64,000 nucleotides of DNA from Amphiscolops sp. MND2022 (taxonomy: Eukaryota): positions 7,936,001 to 8,000,000 of the forward strand of contig OZ076419.1 in the NCBI GenBank assembly GCA_964187785.1, written 5' to 3'. The notes beneath the pieces are model-generated. The model had not been told where the DNA came from. It saw nothing but the letters and a program-made list of their open reading frames with translations, and made no database searches. Positions 49,430 to 63,000 of this stretch are shown piece after piece. The translations under genes and the position numbers were made by a program. Each line of letters opens with the position of its first letter. Positions within the stretch are counted from its first letter, which is position 1.

Positions 49430-52400
49430 CCTAAATTGCGGGTTATTCGATTTGTCTGCCAATCGATTTTTCTCTTGATAAACGGGTGGGCGGAAGTAGG
49501 TCGAATGAACGGGATCGAAAATCAGAGTTACTCCTCAGGTCGACATACCAAATTTTTTGAATGGGATCGAAACAACTCAGATCGAAATTTTTATAACGTA
49601 GTCAGATATGTTCACATACCCCTAGTGCCCTGAATGCAGGAGCGAAGCGAAGCGGAGCGACGTGCCATATGGCCATGCCTCAATGTTGCTATTTGGCGAA
49701 GGGAGCGAAGCGACCGAGCCATACAACAAATACGATAAAATTCGACCGCATTCCATTCGATCCCTGCAATTCGATCAAAAGGTTCGACCACTGTCCTTTC
49801 GACCAGAAAAATTCGACCTATTTACAGCCACCCTTGATAAACGACAAGCGTTACTTTCACTGGTGTTTACTGAAAATATTTCCCTAATGTTCCTTACTGA
49901 AACCTGGCTTACATCCGATATACCCGAAACAGAAATCTTCCTCGGTAATAACTTCAAAGTTGTCAACAGAAATGAAAGGGAATCAGGTGAACATGGTGGA
50001 CTCTTAACTGCATCCTCTTTATCATTGTTTCACAAAATTGTGAATTTATCTATTAAGCGATATTACTTTTCAGGCGGCTGCGTTATTATTGACGATCACT
50101 GTCTGAATTGTTTTATTGCTATTTACAATCCGCAAACGCCTAAATTTCAAGTTGCTTTGCCTACTCTGTCTAATTGCTTGCATGAATACTATAAAATTTT
50201 CACCTCCTTTCGAGAAAAACGTGGTACTAATATCCCATATGTAATTTACGTTGTTGGTGATTTTAACCTTCCTAAGATTTATTGGGTTAACCTATCTTCT
50301 AGTCAGTCTACTGACATGGAATTTTTGGATCTGGTTGCCGATCTTGGACTGAATCAATTTATAACTGTACCTACTCATATTAAGGGAAACACTTTTGACC
50401 TCCTTTTTTCCACATGTGACGAACTCTGCTATTCAGTTTACAATAATCGATTTTCTGATCATTACCCCGTTCTTTTTCAAGTTGAACAATCTAATATTTG
50501 GGAGCCCTCTACCTGTTCTATCTCTAAAAGCGCATTTAGACCTGACATTATTTCGCAGCATCTCGACCCTCTGTACAATCTGTTCACCAGCTACTCTACT
50601 CAGAATCCTGATTTCATTTCTTCTTGGTATGGGCTTATTAAAAATGCGGTATCTCTATCAATTGCTACAAAACTATCACGTCGAATCAATGCTCCCTTCT
50701 ATTTTTCATCTCATACAATGCATCTCATTAATCAAAGCCGGACAAACAACAGAAAAATGTCACGTCATTCCTTCAACTCTGCCCTTGCAAACAAGCAAAA
50801 GTTTTTGTCACAGGAGATAAATGATTCAATTGAACTTGATAAGCTTTGTTTTGCTGACAAACTAATTCTGGACTCGCCGAATAGTTGCTTTAAACTTATT
50901 CGTTCTCTTAAAAACGGTAGTCATATACCGTCGATTATGAAATTCAATGATGTTTCAGCCTCTACAGACTACGAAAAAGCCAACTTATTCAACAAATTTT
51001 TCGGGTCTACATTCAGCCCTAAATCACTTTATGCTCAAAACCAATTAGGCACCCAATCACTTTGCCTTAATGATGTAAATGTTTCTATAGCTAATGTAGA
51101 AGCCCTGCTTCGCAAATGTCCGGACAGTAGCTCAATAGGTTGCGACGAATTACCATCCTTTGTTCTAAACAATTGCTTCAATTTACTTGCACCAGCTGTT
51201 ATAGAATTATTTCATTATATTTTTTCAACTAGAAAATGGCCTGACTGCTGGAAAATTGCTTTTGTTACCCCTCTCCACAAGAGTGGTTCCACAAATGATG
51301 TCATGAATTATCGTCCTATTAGCAATCTACCAAAACTGTTTTTAGTTTGTGAAAGACTTCTATTTGATTTTATTTACCCTCGGGTGTGTCATTTCATCAA
51401 AGCTCAGCAATATGGCTTCATGAAGCATAGAAATACTGTTAGCCAACTTGTTTCTTATTTAGACCATGTCTACAAATCAATTGATAACAATACCCCATCT
51501 GTTAGCGTCTCTTTTGACGTTAAAAAGGCCTTTGATACTGTTCCTCACGATGTTCTTATTTATAAACTGCAATTATTTGGCTTTGATAACGCATTTACTG
51601 AGCTTATCACATCGTATCTCACAAATCGGAAGCAATGTGTAAAGGTTAATGGTATGCTCTCTGATGTAATTGATGTGACTTCTGGGGTTCCTCAAGGTAG
51701 CGTACTGGGCCCTCTGTTTTTCGTTATTTTTGTTAATGACCTTCCCGATGAAGTGAAATATAGTCATTACTTTATGTTTTGCGATGATTTCAAATTGCAT
51801 TCATTATCCATCTCCGAATTCGTTCAATGCGATATTAACAGCCTATCATCTTGGTCCGAAGTTAATGGTCAGCATTTCCATCCAACGAAATGTCTCTATT
51901 TACCATTTAACTCGGGAGAATACGATCTCGTATTACAAGGAACTCCCCTTCAAGAAGCTCAAAATGTGGTTGATCTCGGCCTTACCATAGATAATAATTT
52001 AAACTGGGGTCTTCATATTGATCGCCAAATTGCAAAATGCACACGTGTTCTCAACTTTCTTAGACGAAACTTACCTTTTGGGATATCAATTCAACGCAAA
52101 AAGCAATTATATCAGTCCTGCATAATTTCTATTCTACTATATGCCTCACCATGTTGGTGTGCTTCTATTGAAGGCCTTAGGAAATTGGAAAAATTTAACA
52201 GTAGAGCTATGAAATAGAGTGTTTCGTTCAAATGATTATGTATCCTCTCTTGTATCACTAAAGCTGTTGCCAATTTGTTTCCAGGTACAACGAATCGACA
52301 TTTTACTACTATGGAAAATCATCAACATGAGAGTGATTATTCCGCATGATTTCACCTACAAATCCAGCTGTACACGATCTGGCACTCTAAAACTTTTTGA

Positions 52401-52662
52401 ACTCAAACATAACCATAAATTCAAAACGAATGATGGCTTCTTCCCCCGTTCAAAACGCGCTTCTAATGAACTTATTAGATTAGGTGTTATCAACTTTGAA
52501 ATGCCTTATTGCCTTTTTGTTAAGCGTCTCGATGCCTACTTTGAAAATAAACTGCAGTCTTTTAACTTGAATAACTCTTGCTCCTTCTATATAAAATGTT
52601 TTTGTAAGACTTGCCGTTCATAACCATTACTATTGTAATTCCTTAATTGTGAATTGAGTCTT

Positions 52663-52694
<32 letters not shown>
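49430..52694 (+). mobile_element. CR1-clade LINE, near-intact ORF2 (APE + RT) with (TAA)n tail
   Basis: FLTETWL, GDFNLP, SDHYPV, NYRPISNLP, QYGF, FDVKKAFDTV, GVPQGSVLGP, FCDDFKL and DLGLTIDNNLNW. Stop/frameshift at 52215-52218. (TAA)n at 52664-52693. Start of APE interrupted by a MITE. Confidence 0.92.
49484..49833. mobile_element. MITE with 23-bp imperfect TIRs and 9-bp TSD TTGATAAAC (Mutator- or Merlin-like by TSD length)
   Basis: GGGTGGGCGGAAGTAGGTCGAAT versus RC GGGTGGCTGTAAATAGGTCGAAT. TSD at 49475-49483 and 49834-49842. Internal GATCGAA and TTCGAC subrepeats. Confidence 0.88.
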
Positions 52695-52695
<1 letters not shown>

Positions 52696-53219
52696 TTCTA
52701 ACAAATAGGTCTTAGGCACGTGATATCAGTTGGGCGATTCCCAAAGAGACGAAAAACAGAGCGTCGAAATTTTGGAAGCTATTCATCGCGTCGAAAAGTT
52801 ATCATTGAACGCTTTTGATTGGTTGAAAATTTAAATATGAAAGAATTAAATTGTTTGGATTTGTGCGATACATAGCGGAGAACAAATTACGATGATAACA
52901 TAGTCATTGCGGTGACGCAGTCGCCAAATAAATTCATTCTCAGCGCGTGATTAAGTTCATTCAGAACGCACAATTAAATTCATTCTCAATATTGATTGGG
53001 CAAAAATATATGTGGATAATTGTACATGTAAAGAAAATAAGAGCAATCGAACATTCTGATAACGCAGTCAGCTATGGTCACATACTCCTAGTAGTAGTAG
53101 TAATAATAGGCTTCAATTTACCCCTTGGGGAGTTTACACAAAGAGAGATACAGATTTACAGAGGGAGAGATAAGTAAAAGTAATCAAAGAAGCTCTCAGG
53201 ATACACAAAAAGAACACTT

Positions 53220-53565
53220 ACATTTTATATGCCAAGTATTCCCATGCCTTCATCAGGGATAATTGGAACCGCAGATGGAACAGACCGTATAATGACAATT
53301 TCCTCAGGAATTTCATTTCCAACTTGCCACAAGAAACGATTCATTCACCTTTACTGGACGGAAACCCTTTGATTGCCAATATGATAAGCGATCTTCTCAT
53401 CGGAAGCTCACGAAGATTAGCTGAAAACTTATGGAAACCGAGCCGCACACCATCGCCCATGTGTATTTGTGGAACATCAGAGCAGAACAGCTACCACTAT
53501 TTCTTCTTTTGTCCAAATTATTGTAATTTCAGACCCTTTCATCTCAATTCTCTTGATCATTTCCT
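53220..53565 (+). mobile_element. LINE 3' fragment with C-terminal CCHC motif
   Basis: SPMCICGTSEQNSYHYFFFCPNY, the ORF2 terminal C-x-C...H...C knuckle; runs into the gap. Confidence 0.65.
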
Positions 53566-53765
53566 NNNNNNNNNNNNNNNNNNNNNNNNNNNNNNNNNNN
53601 NNNNNNNNNNNNNNNNNNNNNNNNNNNNNNNNNNNNNNNNNNNNNNNNNNNNNNNNNNNNNNNNNNNNNNNNNNNNNNNNNNNNNNNNNNNNNNNNNNNN
53701 NNNNNNNNNNNNNNNNNNNNNNNNNNNNNNNNNNNNNNNNNNNNNNNNNNNNNNNNNNNNNNNNN
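53566..53765. other. Assembly gap (200 N)
   Basis: Run of N. Confidence 0.99.
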
Positions 53766-53927
53766 CAAAAAGCAGTGCAATAGATTTTTGAACTTTTTTG
53801 TCGGCGCAAAATTTTTTTCCGGGAGAGTCCATTTTAAAATGACATTTTAATGCCCTGGATAATTTAAAGTGTCATGCTACCAACTACGACCTGGGCATTA
53901 AAATGTCACCGATATCTAATATATATT

Positions 53928-53994
53928 TCCCGGATTCCACAAAAACGTAAGATTTGCGAAGTTCGCAAATCTTACGTTTTTGTGGAATCCGGGA
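53928..53994. repeat. Perfect 67-bp palindrome (33-bp arms, 1-nt spacer)
   Basis: TCCCGGATTCCACAAAAACGTAAGATTTGCGAA-G-TTCGCAAATCTTACGTTTTTGTGGAATCCGGGA. Confidence 0.95.
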
Positions 53995-56900
53995 CACCAC
54001 TGCATGCCGACAGTTCGTACAGCTAAGCATTTGTTACTGGAATCCACGACTAAATCCGTGGAATCCGGGACAAATGACGTAATTTGCCAATTTTGCACGG
54101 TTAAAGGCGTGGTCGTGGAATCCGAGATTTTGAAAGCACTATGTTGCGCTTTGAGCAAATAAGGCTTGCCTGTGCACTCTAATGTACTGCTATTCGTTCA
54201 CGTCAAAACTTTGAACTAATTTTGTGTTGTCTAGAAGCCCTTGAATTACTTCTGTATCAATATGCATCGTTTTTGTGATAGAAATTGATGTCGATATACG
54301 GTTTTATGGTATTTGAATGTGTCATTATACGTTTTTCAGTGTTACGAATATGCGCCAGAAAACATTTTTGATGTGCACATTACACTGCATCATACGTGTC
54401 TTGATAATATGTTTATACGTGATTATGCGTATTGTGAAATTAGACATATGTGTCGTTGTTTGTATACTGGATTATCACATTATGAGACTGACCGTCCAGT
54501 GATTTCCGTTTCACAAGATCAGTCATTTGGCGAGTCTGCATTCTAAATCCAAGTTAGTGATTGTAATGAACAAATAACAATACCTTCATTCAAGCAAACA
54601 CCTGGCGGAAGCGAAAAAATAATTGTCTGAAATATTTTGCCACTGTTCCACGCTGCCGCATGAATTCACATGTTTTGAATTGGTCCGAAAAAATTGACAC
54701 GTATGGAGCAATATTCACTAAGCTTTGTTGTGGATAGGTTTTGAGAAGCTTCGCAGTGATTCAGTCTTCCAATGAACACAAGCACATTTCAACAAATAAA
54801 CGCTCATTGTAAAGCAGCAAAAGGACCCGGGAATGCACGGTTGTAGTTTTTTAAGAAAAAGGGACAGTTTTCGCCATCAATTCAGAGATTGAACTATTTC
54901 TGCATCCTGGTCCCAATCCTTCCAGTTACTATCCAGACGAACAGCAAGATTACGCAGTGTTTTCTTTTCAATGTTTGAATGACACTTTGAGACAAGCTGG
55001 AGAGGTCGTGATTGACTTGAGTCGGCTGCCACTTTACGACTACAGCTTTTGTGAAGTGGAAGTCTACGGAAGAGGTTAGTTGACTTTCTTCCTTACTGAC
55101 TGAAAAAGATCAAAAGATCACTTCCGTTTTAAAAACTCGTTCAGAAATTGTGAACAAGTTGAGGCTTTGCCAAAACAAGTTTTTCGATTGAACAAAAATT
55201 CAACTTACAAGTCTCACGAGGCTCTCTACAGATCTGTTTTGAAAATAATAAAGTAATTCGATAATACCCTAGTGCATCAAAAAGCTAAACACTCAAGTGG
55301 GCTGACAAATTTTCAAACAGCTATACCGTTTATTATACTCGCTGGAGAAAAAATTGCAACCGACATTTTAAGCTCTGATTGGAAATCAACAGATTTTAGC
55401 TTGAATTTTTCACCTCTCCGGTATGAGTGATCGAACTTTTTCCGATGTCCATTCTAACATTGAAAACATTTCATTCTTTTCGTTCATTTCTGAAAATGTC
55501 GCCATTACATTCTAACTTGCGATCAGAAATTCTAGGAATGCTGAAATGCAAGAAAATTTTATCCTAAATTTCTCGATTATACAATTGTCACAAATCGACG
55601 ATTCAACGATTTTGGAAGAAATATAACGCAAATGGAATTGTATCTCACAGAAAGAAACCAGGAAAGTCTGAGAAAATTTTAAATTAGAACGAAAACACCT
55701 CATGCGACAGAGAAATATGGATGGAATGCCAGCAACTTTGACGAACAAACTAGTAGAAATGTAACGGCATCATCAGTTACACCAAAATCAGGCCAGTTTG
55801 AAACTTGGACAAACGTTTTAACCCGATGTGTGAGGTGGCACTAGGCATGTGATTGCTCTTTTTGCGGTTTTCGCCATTTTCAATGCAAAACAACGACAAT
55901 AGCAGACCGAGTCAGAACACAGTGAACGAAATGGCCTGAGAGCTCAAAGAAACTGTGAAAACCTCGAGTCTTTTTCGGTGCTAACATCTGTTTTTTATCG
56001 ATTTTCAGCATTATGCTTCCCTATGTAGCGGAAACAGGAAAATTGATTCTTTTTGCATAAAAATCCTTGTTTGCTACTTGGAGCCCCAGTGCCCCAGCTT
56101 GTAGCTGTGTGGTCTCCCAGTTTTATGCGTGCTTTATCCGAGAACTAGTTTTTGCATTTATAGACGTTTTTCCGATGTCACCCTGGAAATGAAAAACTAC
56201 CGATTCCTGGCATTGTTTCGATGAGCTAGTTAAGCGGTGGTCCTCAGAAAGCCAGGAAGATGTCCGTTACTGTTAGCAATTAAAGACACGGACCAGTTGG
56301 ATGGTATTCATCGGATCACCCACAGCCCCAGGGCGGTTTTCACCCCTGGAGGCGGAAAAGATCGAGGGTGATGGGCGCTTGTCCCGACCGATACACCTAT
56401 TTCTGCAGGATCCTCCACCTCTGCTAACGCGTTAAGCGACCGATCACAGCTTGTCGTTACATGAGAACCCATATTATAGCTATCACTGAGACATCGCATC
56501 CCTTTGTTCGAAAAACTATCAAGCTACCACAATCCAAAACTCCCTATTATATCGTTTTGAAATTTCCGACCCGCTGTTATTGGACGCCAAGAAGGACAAG
56601 TATTGTCGAAAATTGCAAATTCCCATCACAGGGTCCTCTTTTTCGCAAGCGTAGTTGACAGTAGAACGTTGCTACCCATGCTTAACAGGTTTTGCTAGCT
56701 ATTTTCCGCTATTTGCGTTGATGTACGAGAGGTGGAAATGATGGATGTGCCATGTTCCATTCTGCCAAAAGATGCGTAGACTTTTCCTGACTTTTCCCTG
56801 GCATTTCTTTTGGAGACGTGCTAGATTGACGGTTTTTGGTAGGAAATTAGAACAGAAAATATCTCTGGCTGGTCTGGATGTTGAGTAAAAAGACACCCCA

Positions 56901-57288
56901 TATGAAGTTTCGATATCTTTGCAGTACGGTATGAAAAAAGTTTTCGATTGCGTATTTTTTGATACGGAATCGTTTGGTTGTGCTAGTTGTCCCATGTTGT
57001 ATCTCAGTGTGTGCTTTTGCACTTGTTCTCAGTGAAAAAGATTGATATTAAGTACAAAAGTTGCGAAAACTTCATTTTTGGCCGCCACATCAGCGCAACG
57101 CGCTCGCATTTTGCAGAGATCTCGCTGTAAAGGCAAGCTGGTGGTGTTTTGTTTGGAGATTGTCAAATTCGAGATCCAGACTGAAACCTCAGCAAGTTCC
57201 TGTGGCAGGGATGATATCAGCGCCTGTTGCCCCAGTGCAGTTGTGCACAGCCAAGGTCTTTGCAGATTATCCAAGATCGTCTATCAAA

Positions 57289-57678
57289 TCAGAACAAACT
57301 TTCGGACAGAGGGTTGACGTTGTGTTGACTGACATCTTGTTGGAATTCGTTTAATTCTATGGGTCTATTCTCTAGTATTACGTTTTCAAAGTTTACTCCA
57401 TTCAAACCCTGGTTCAAATCGCAAGACGTCTTGTCAGTCAACGAGTGTGTTTTAGAAGACAAATTTTCTATCATTTTTAGTATTTCTCGTTGTCCGGTTG
57501 CTGTCTCCTTAATCCGCTTATTCACCGACTTTTCGATTTTTTTTTCTGTCAAAATAGCAAAGTCTTTGTCGGAAATGCTGGGGACGTTCCCCGTCCTCAT
57601 GCTCGAACACTCTGGCTCATCTACTGAACTTGTGATTGATTCACGTCTGGCTTTCCTCTTAGAACTTCGCTCAGGCAT
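57289..57678 (-). pseudogene. Basic/coiled-coil ORF fragment, possibly retroelement gag-like
   Basis: MPERSSKRKARRES...KIEKSVNKRIKETATGQREILKMIENLSSK. No diagnostic domain seen. Confidence 0.25.
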
Positions 57679-58299
57679 GCTGTTTGGATTGATCTCAAAT
57701 TTCTTAGGAAATAATTCAAACTGACCGATGAACAAAGAAAATGCAGATTGCAAAATGTTAATTGTCGTTTAATTGGCAAGTTAATAATTCGCAACGAAAT
57801 AAAATTTCAACTACTAATGGCTCCCAAATTTCAGCATATTTATACCTTTCACTCTCCGAAGAGCGGGGAAAACACAACAACATTTCACATGCCGTTCAGC
57901 TCGGCGTCCATCCCAAGCGAGGAAACCGGAAGCTCAGTTCCGCTTTGTCGAACTCAGACTTTCAGCTTGTTCGTGCTTTCCGAAGAAAGCACGCGTCCAC
58001 TTCCTGTCTGAGTTGCGACTCCGCTTGCCTTCGCCTCCAATTTCCCGCTCTTTCAAGACGCCGAAGCTGAACTTGGCGAAATTGAAAGTGGTGAATCATC
58101 AAGAGTACTGCAAATTGAATATGAGAATTTGGAAAAAGAATGACAGTCAATGTTTTACAAAAATATTCCTTAGATTGATAAAGATAGCATCGTTCTAGTT
58201 TTAGACTGACAAAATCACACACAGGAAAGTAAATGAGTAGATAGGACAGTTCATGCGATGTTTACAAGGCTGATTTGACTGAGAACTGTGAGGCATTAG

Positions 58300-58900
58300 C
58301 CCCAGGCCACAGTCCGGGACGGACAATTTTACTTCACGAGGTAAAGAATAAATACTGATGACGAATATTTATGAAAAGCACCATCTTGGGCGATGGTTAA
58401 CGTAATTCAACAGCAACGGGTTCGGGGAATAGGAAATACATATTATTATTGTGTACAACTAAATCTTGGGCCCAGGCTGAGGTCCAGGCTTGTTTATTAA
58501 TCAATCACTATTTACATGCAAAAAATCATTATATGTAATATTTAACCGACAATATCATTCATGAACACAATTAATAAGCTCCAGGTTTATTCCTGAACAA
58601 AAATACGTAATAACATAAACGTTTACTGCTTTTATACTTAACTTGGTACATAATCATTTTCAGGCCGCATCCCAGGCCGCGGTTCATCGTATTTAGTGCA
58701 TTTAATATGAAAGGTCTGTTATTAGGACAATTGCACTCATATCGTCATTTAGTTACTGCAGCGGGTAATAAAACGTGTACATGTATTCATTAGCACATTT
58801 AATTCAGTCGCGTTGTGATAGCAGCGTGGTTTATTCTCAGGCCGCGTCCCAGGCCGGCCCTTCACGGTCTGAATTTGATGCCGGCTGCCAGGCCGCAGTC
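58300..58900. repeat. Dispersed CCAGGC(C) motif cluster
   Basis: CAGGCCGC(A/G)TCCCAGGCCG at 58661 and 58838. Further CCAGGC at 58302, ~58472, ~58484 and ~58888, in AT-rich surroundings. Confidence 0.7.
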
Positions 58901-59185
58901 TCGCTATAAAATTGTTTGGTCGCTCCTTAAGCGGTGTGGTTCACATGTTGTTAACTGTAGTACTGTAATTTTATTATTATTGACTGCACCATAGCTCCGT
59001 TATACTGTAAGTACGTATATATATGTATGTGTATAATTGTATAAATACTAATATATATGTATGTATAAATTTATTTATTCAATTATATTGCACATATCAT
59101 TTAGCGCCATTGTTTCAGGATATATGGATTGGACTGATTGTTTTCTGGTTTTCTGTTTTCATTTCTCCTTCTTCCATTTCCTAAT

Positions 59186-59782
59186 TTATTCTTCGAAGAC
59201 TGGGTTGGCTCTGCTGCAGTACTCACAGCTCAAGTGGGGCTGTGACAGTCCTCGGCTTCTTTGCCCAGTTCCCTCAGGAAGGAGAAATTGGGAAGTGGAT
59301 CGTATCGGTGTATCAAACAAAGTAGTGAGGTCGTCTCTCATTGAGTCGTATGATCGCCATGAAGAGCTGCTTTCCCAACTGCTGCCTGACCAGCAGCCTT
59401 CTGAGCTGCTGTCGGTCTCACTGATCGAGCTCATAGGGCTGTCGAAAATATAATCAGGGCTGTATTGGTCTCCTTGGTTGAACCGTCTGATTGGGCTCAC
59501 GAATTCTCCATCTGGTAGAACCGGATTGTCTGTAGTAAATCTTCGTATTACTCCTTGTTCGTTTTCAGCGTTAATTGCATTCTCGAGCGGTTGTTCAAGG
59601 ACAAGGACGACGTGTAGATCTTCCGTTTTAATTATTTCATAAGTAATAGTAAGCTGCGTTGGATTGTTAATATTATAATTAGGCGGCGGTGTATTGGGCC
59701 TTTGTCTTGGCTGTGCTGGCTGATCTCGGTCGAGAATAAAGACGTCTTCATTCGTTTGATCGCTGGAGTTGGAATTTTGCAT
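59186..59782 (-). CDS. 198-aa hypothetical Ser/Pro-rich ORF, divergent from the gene at 60015
   Basis: Uninterrupted ATG-initiated ORF with disordered composition and a terminal CEYC. No recognised domain. Confidence 0.4.
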   Translation of the reverse strand: MQNSNSSDQTNEDVFILDRDQPAQPRQRPNTPPPNYNINNPTQLTITYEIIKTEDLHVVLVLEQPLENAINAENEQGVIRRFTTDNPVLPDGEFVSPIRRFNQGDQYSPDYIFDSPMSSISETDSSSEGCWSGSSWESSSSWRSYDSMRDDLTTLFDTPIRSTSQFLLPEGTGQRSRGLSQPHLSCEYCSRANPVFEE

Positions 59783-60014
59783 TTTGTTTGAGTAGCAAGC
59801 AAATTGTCAGTTGATTAGGAATATAACTGACTAATCCGCGTCCTGAAAAACTGTTCACACCATTTGTGTTGAGCTTGTTGAATTGTTCAGCTGGCAGACT
59901 GAACAACTCTCTTATATAGTAGATAACTTCTAGTATTGATATTTCCATGGATTTTACGCCACATCTTCATTGTGTTATTGTGTTTGGTATTTTTTTAGAA
60001 AGTTTTGAAAAGAG

Positions 60015-63000
60015 ATGAGTTCTACTGAAGAAGACAACGCTCTATTGCGACAAAGTCAAGAAGTGGGAGTAAGAGAGAGTGAGGTGGGTGAAGAATCTAA
60101 CGTGGAGTCTGTGATTCGTGGAGAGGAGATAGTGTCTGGTGGTGGTAACAAGGACGATAGCGATGAGGCGGATGTTACTGGCAGTTTGGATGGGGCAAGG
60201 CATGTTGTCACTGGTGTTGTGGCCGAGACGACGGGACGTGGATTTGGTGAAAAAGATGTCTCAGAAGATGAGATTGCTGAAGCGGATGTCGAGAGTTGCC
60301 CTGAGAGTGGGTCCTACCACTCTGCTACCAGTGACAGTCGTCATGACATAGATTACTTGGCGAACAAGAGGGGTAAGCTTTCCTAGAAATCCTGGCCGGC
60401 CCTTTCTGGTTTTGTTTGAACGCGTTCTTTTTCATCTACTTTCTGTAGTTACTGATGATGACGAGCTTGACGAGGATTATTGTCCCAGCGCCAGTTCAAA
60501 GTCGCAGCACAAGAAAAAAAAGAAGTCTCGGTCCAGTCGGATACTTTCGACGAGCAGTGTCCGGTCAGCCAAGCGTGTTCGATTGGCTGATGTCGTTGCG
60601 GGGGTCATTCCGAGGCCTCCTACCTTGATGGACAGTCTGGGCGAAGAATATTATCCACCGACCATTTCTGCTTCTAGAACTCTTGAAAGTAGGTATTCCT
60701 CTCCCCGTCTTGTTGTCCGTAATGTACTTTCTAGGAGTGGTTTGTATGAGGGGACTGGTACTCGTGATACTCCTTTTAAGGTAGCTCTATGTTTTGTTTT
60801 AGTCACTGGATCGGGACCTGGGCCCGGTGTTGGATCGTCTACAGACGGTGATGTCTTCGTGTGTGAGAGTGCTGTGGAAACGCCTGCTCAGGAAAGTGAC
60901 ATTGCGTCATTGTTGCCTGATGAGTTATCTCGACACACTCGAACTCAGCATGGTCGGGCCGCGGTAGGGCTGGAACCCTCTGTCATCCATAACGAGTGCG
61001 AGAGAGGTGGGTTTCCCTGTTTGTGTTTCTGTCTTCTGTTTGATCGATCCTTTCTATTGGGTTTTGAAATATGTAGTTGCTTGGTTCTTTTTATGTTGTT
61101 CCGTTTTGGTATATTACGGTGTTTGTTATTAACTGGGCTGAAGGCTGTCCCCACTGGTTCTCCTGTTGTGATGTCGGCCGCGCAATCTGTCATGCTGGCT
61201 CGAAGTGCTGCCCGGGTTGAGCGAACGGAATCCCAGAAAGAGTATTTTCTCGGATTTCTTGGTCGTTGTTTGAAGGGTATTTGTTGTGTCGCCAATTGTT
61301 TCGCGTTTTTTTGAAAGTTGGTTTCCTGGTTGTTCTGTTTCTCATTGGGTTGTTTATTGTTTGAAACTGGTTCATTTTAGAATTTGAAGAGTTGTCTCGG
61401 TTGCTGAAGCGGAAAGGGATTGACGCCAATGATCCTGGGCGTATTGTGGATCCCGTCGAACTGAAAAAGGAGCGTCGCCTAGCCCGCGACGAGGAACGTG
61501 TGAAGAAGCAGACTGAGAGGCATGTTCCAACCAAGGCCATTACTAATCACCCTCTACCAAAGCTATTTGTCAGTCGACGAAATGATAAAAACCCCAATGG
61601 TTTTAATTGCTCTGTGTGCCGCAAGGATGTGTCTTTCCTGTCCCGAGGTATTTGGAGGCACTTTGAGTGCAAAGGCCATTATACGAAGGATCGGCGTTAC
61701 CGATTTGATCACGAGGATTTTATCTATACTGAGAAGTTCGATGCTATCCCTGTGAGTGAAATTTCGTCGGAATTGCGAGCTGAGATCGAGAAGACGCCAC
61801 CTGTCACACTGGGTAAAATGAACAACTTTGTTGAGGACGAGGTGGATGCATTGGTTGGCGTCCCGTCCAATGTGCCTCCTACGACTCTCGTGGGTTGTCT
61901 ATTTGAGCTTTTGAGGAGTGGTGGTTCACAGATGTTTCTTCGTCGTCTGTGGAGCCAATTTCGTACGACTCTCCCTGTTGATAGCCCGTATGCCTGTGTT
62001 ACCTGGAGGAAGACTGAAACCTTGGTTGTAATTGTCCAGACCGTTTACCCACGCGTACTTCGTCGTGTAAAGTCATGGCTTGGTGACAGCCCTTTTAGTT
62101 TGTCAGTGCAATCGTCATTCTCCGGGGTGCGATTTACTGTCCGATGCTGTCCCGATGACTCTTTGAATGAAGTGTGTCTCGTGGAAGAAGATGTAGGAGT
62201 TGTCTCCTGTGAGTCAGAAATTCGTTGTCTGTCTTACGTGTTGTCTCTGGTGTCCACTCGCCGTGGGCCTATTGCTATCCAAACCTGCCATCCTGTGTTG
62301 TTCAACGCCTATGTGGATTGGTGTCGCTCCATGGGTCGACCTGTGCCTGTTGTTGCTGCCATCTTTGATTTCGATCTTCTGCGGCGTTTAGTTCGCGATG
62401 CAAGTTTGGTTTGTGTTGGACCTGTGGATCCTTTTGCAGCCATAGAATATCTGGTACAACGTTTGAAGAAATTCTGTTCCCAGGCCTGGCTTCTGAACTT
62501 GCCGCAATTTCGACTTTGCTTGGAATCTGGGGTTGTTCCTCCTGAGGCCTTGTGTGATGTGTTGCAAGAGCTCCTGGACAATTGGTCTGATGTCAAGATT
62601 TGTCTGTCGAACGATGTCTTGTTGATGCGCAAAAACATCAATGTCGTGGATCTGGATTCCCTCTTGTGTTCAGACCGTTTCGGCTTGCCTCGGCTGGCTT
62701 TGTTGCATGTTCTTGTGTTATGTTTTCGATCCAATTGCAAGAAGTTGTTTGAGTCAGATGTTACGGATTACCCTTGCAGAAGCTTTAGTGATTTTTGCTT
62801 CTTGTATTGGAGTTTATTGAGCAAGGTGAAAAAGATAAGCCAGCTTCCTTTTATCGACAATTCGTCTGACTACATTGACAAACCACTGAACAGTTGGGCG
62901 AATGTGACTGCTTCTGAGTGTCTCCAGGGAGAACCCAGTCTTATGAAGGCACTGCGTGGTCTTGACGTGGGTCTTCGGCGGACGTTCCTTCGTGAGTGTC

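Noticed and set aside
49662-49843. Novel N-terminal domain on the 851-aa RT ORF
   Set aside because: It derives from the inserted MITE; the LINE frame resumes at the TSD.
53170-53215. Penelope GIY-YIG tail (IKEALRI)
   Set aside because: The match is too short and has no supporting upstream motifs.
56260-57280. Gypsy integrase relic on the minus strand
   Set aside because: There are only faint resemblances, and no catalytic motif could be read confidently.
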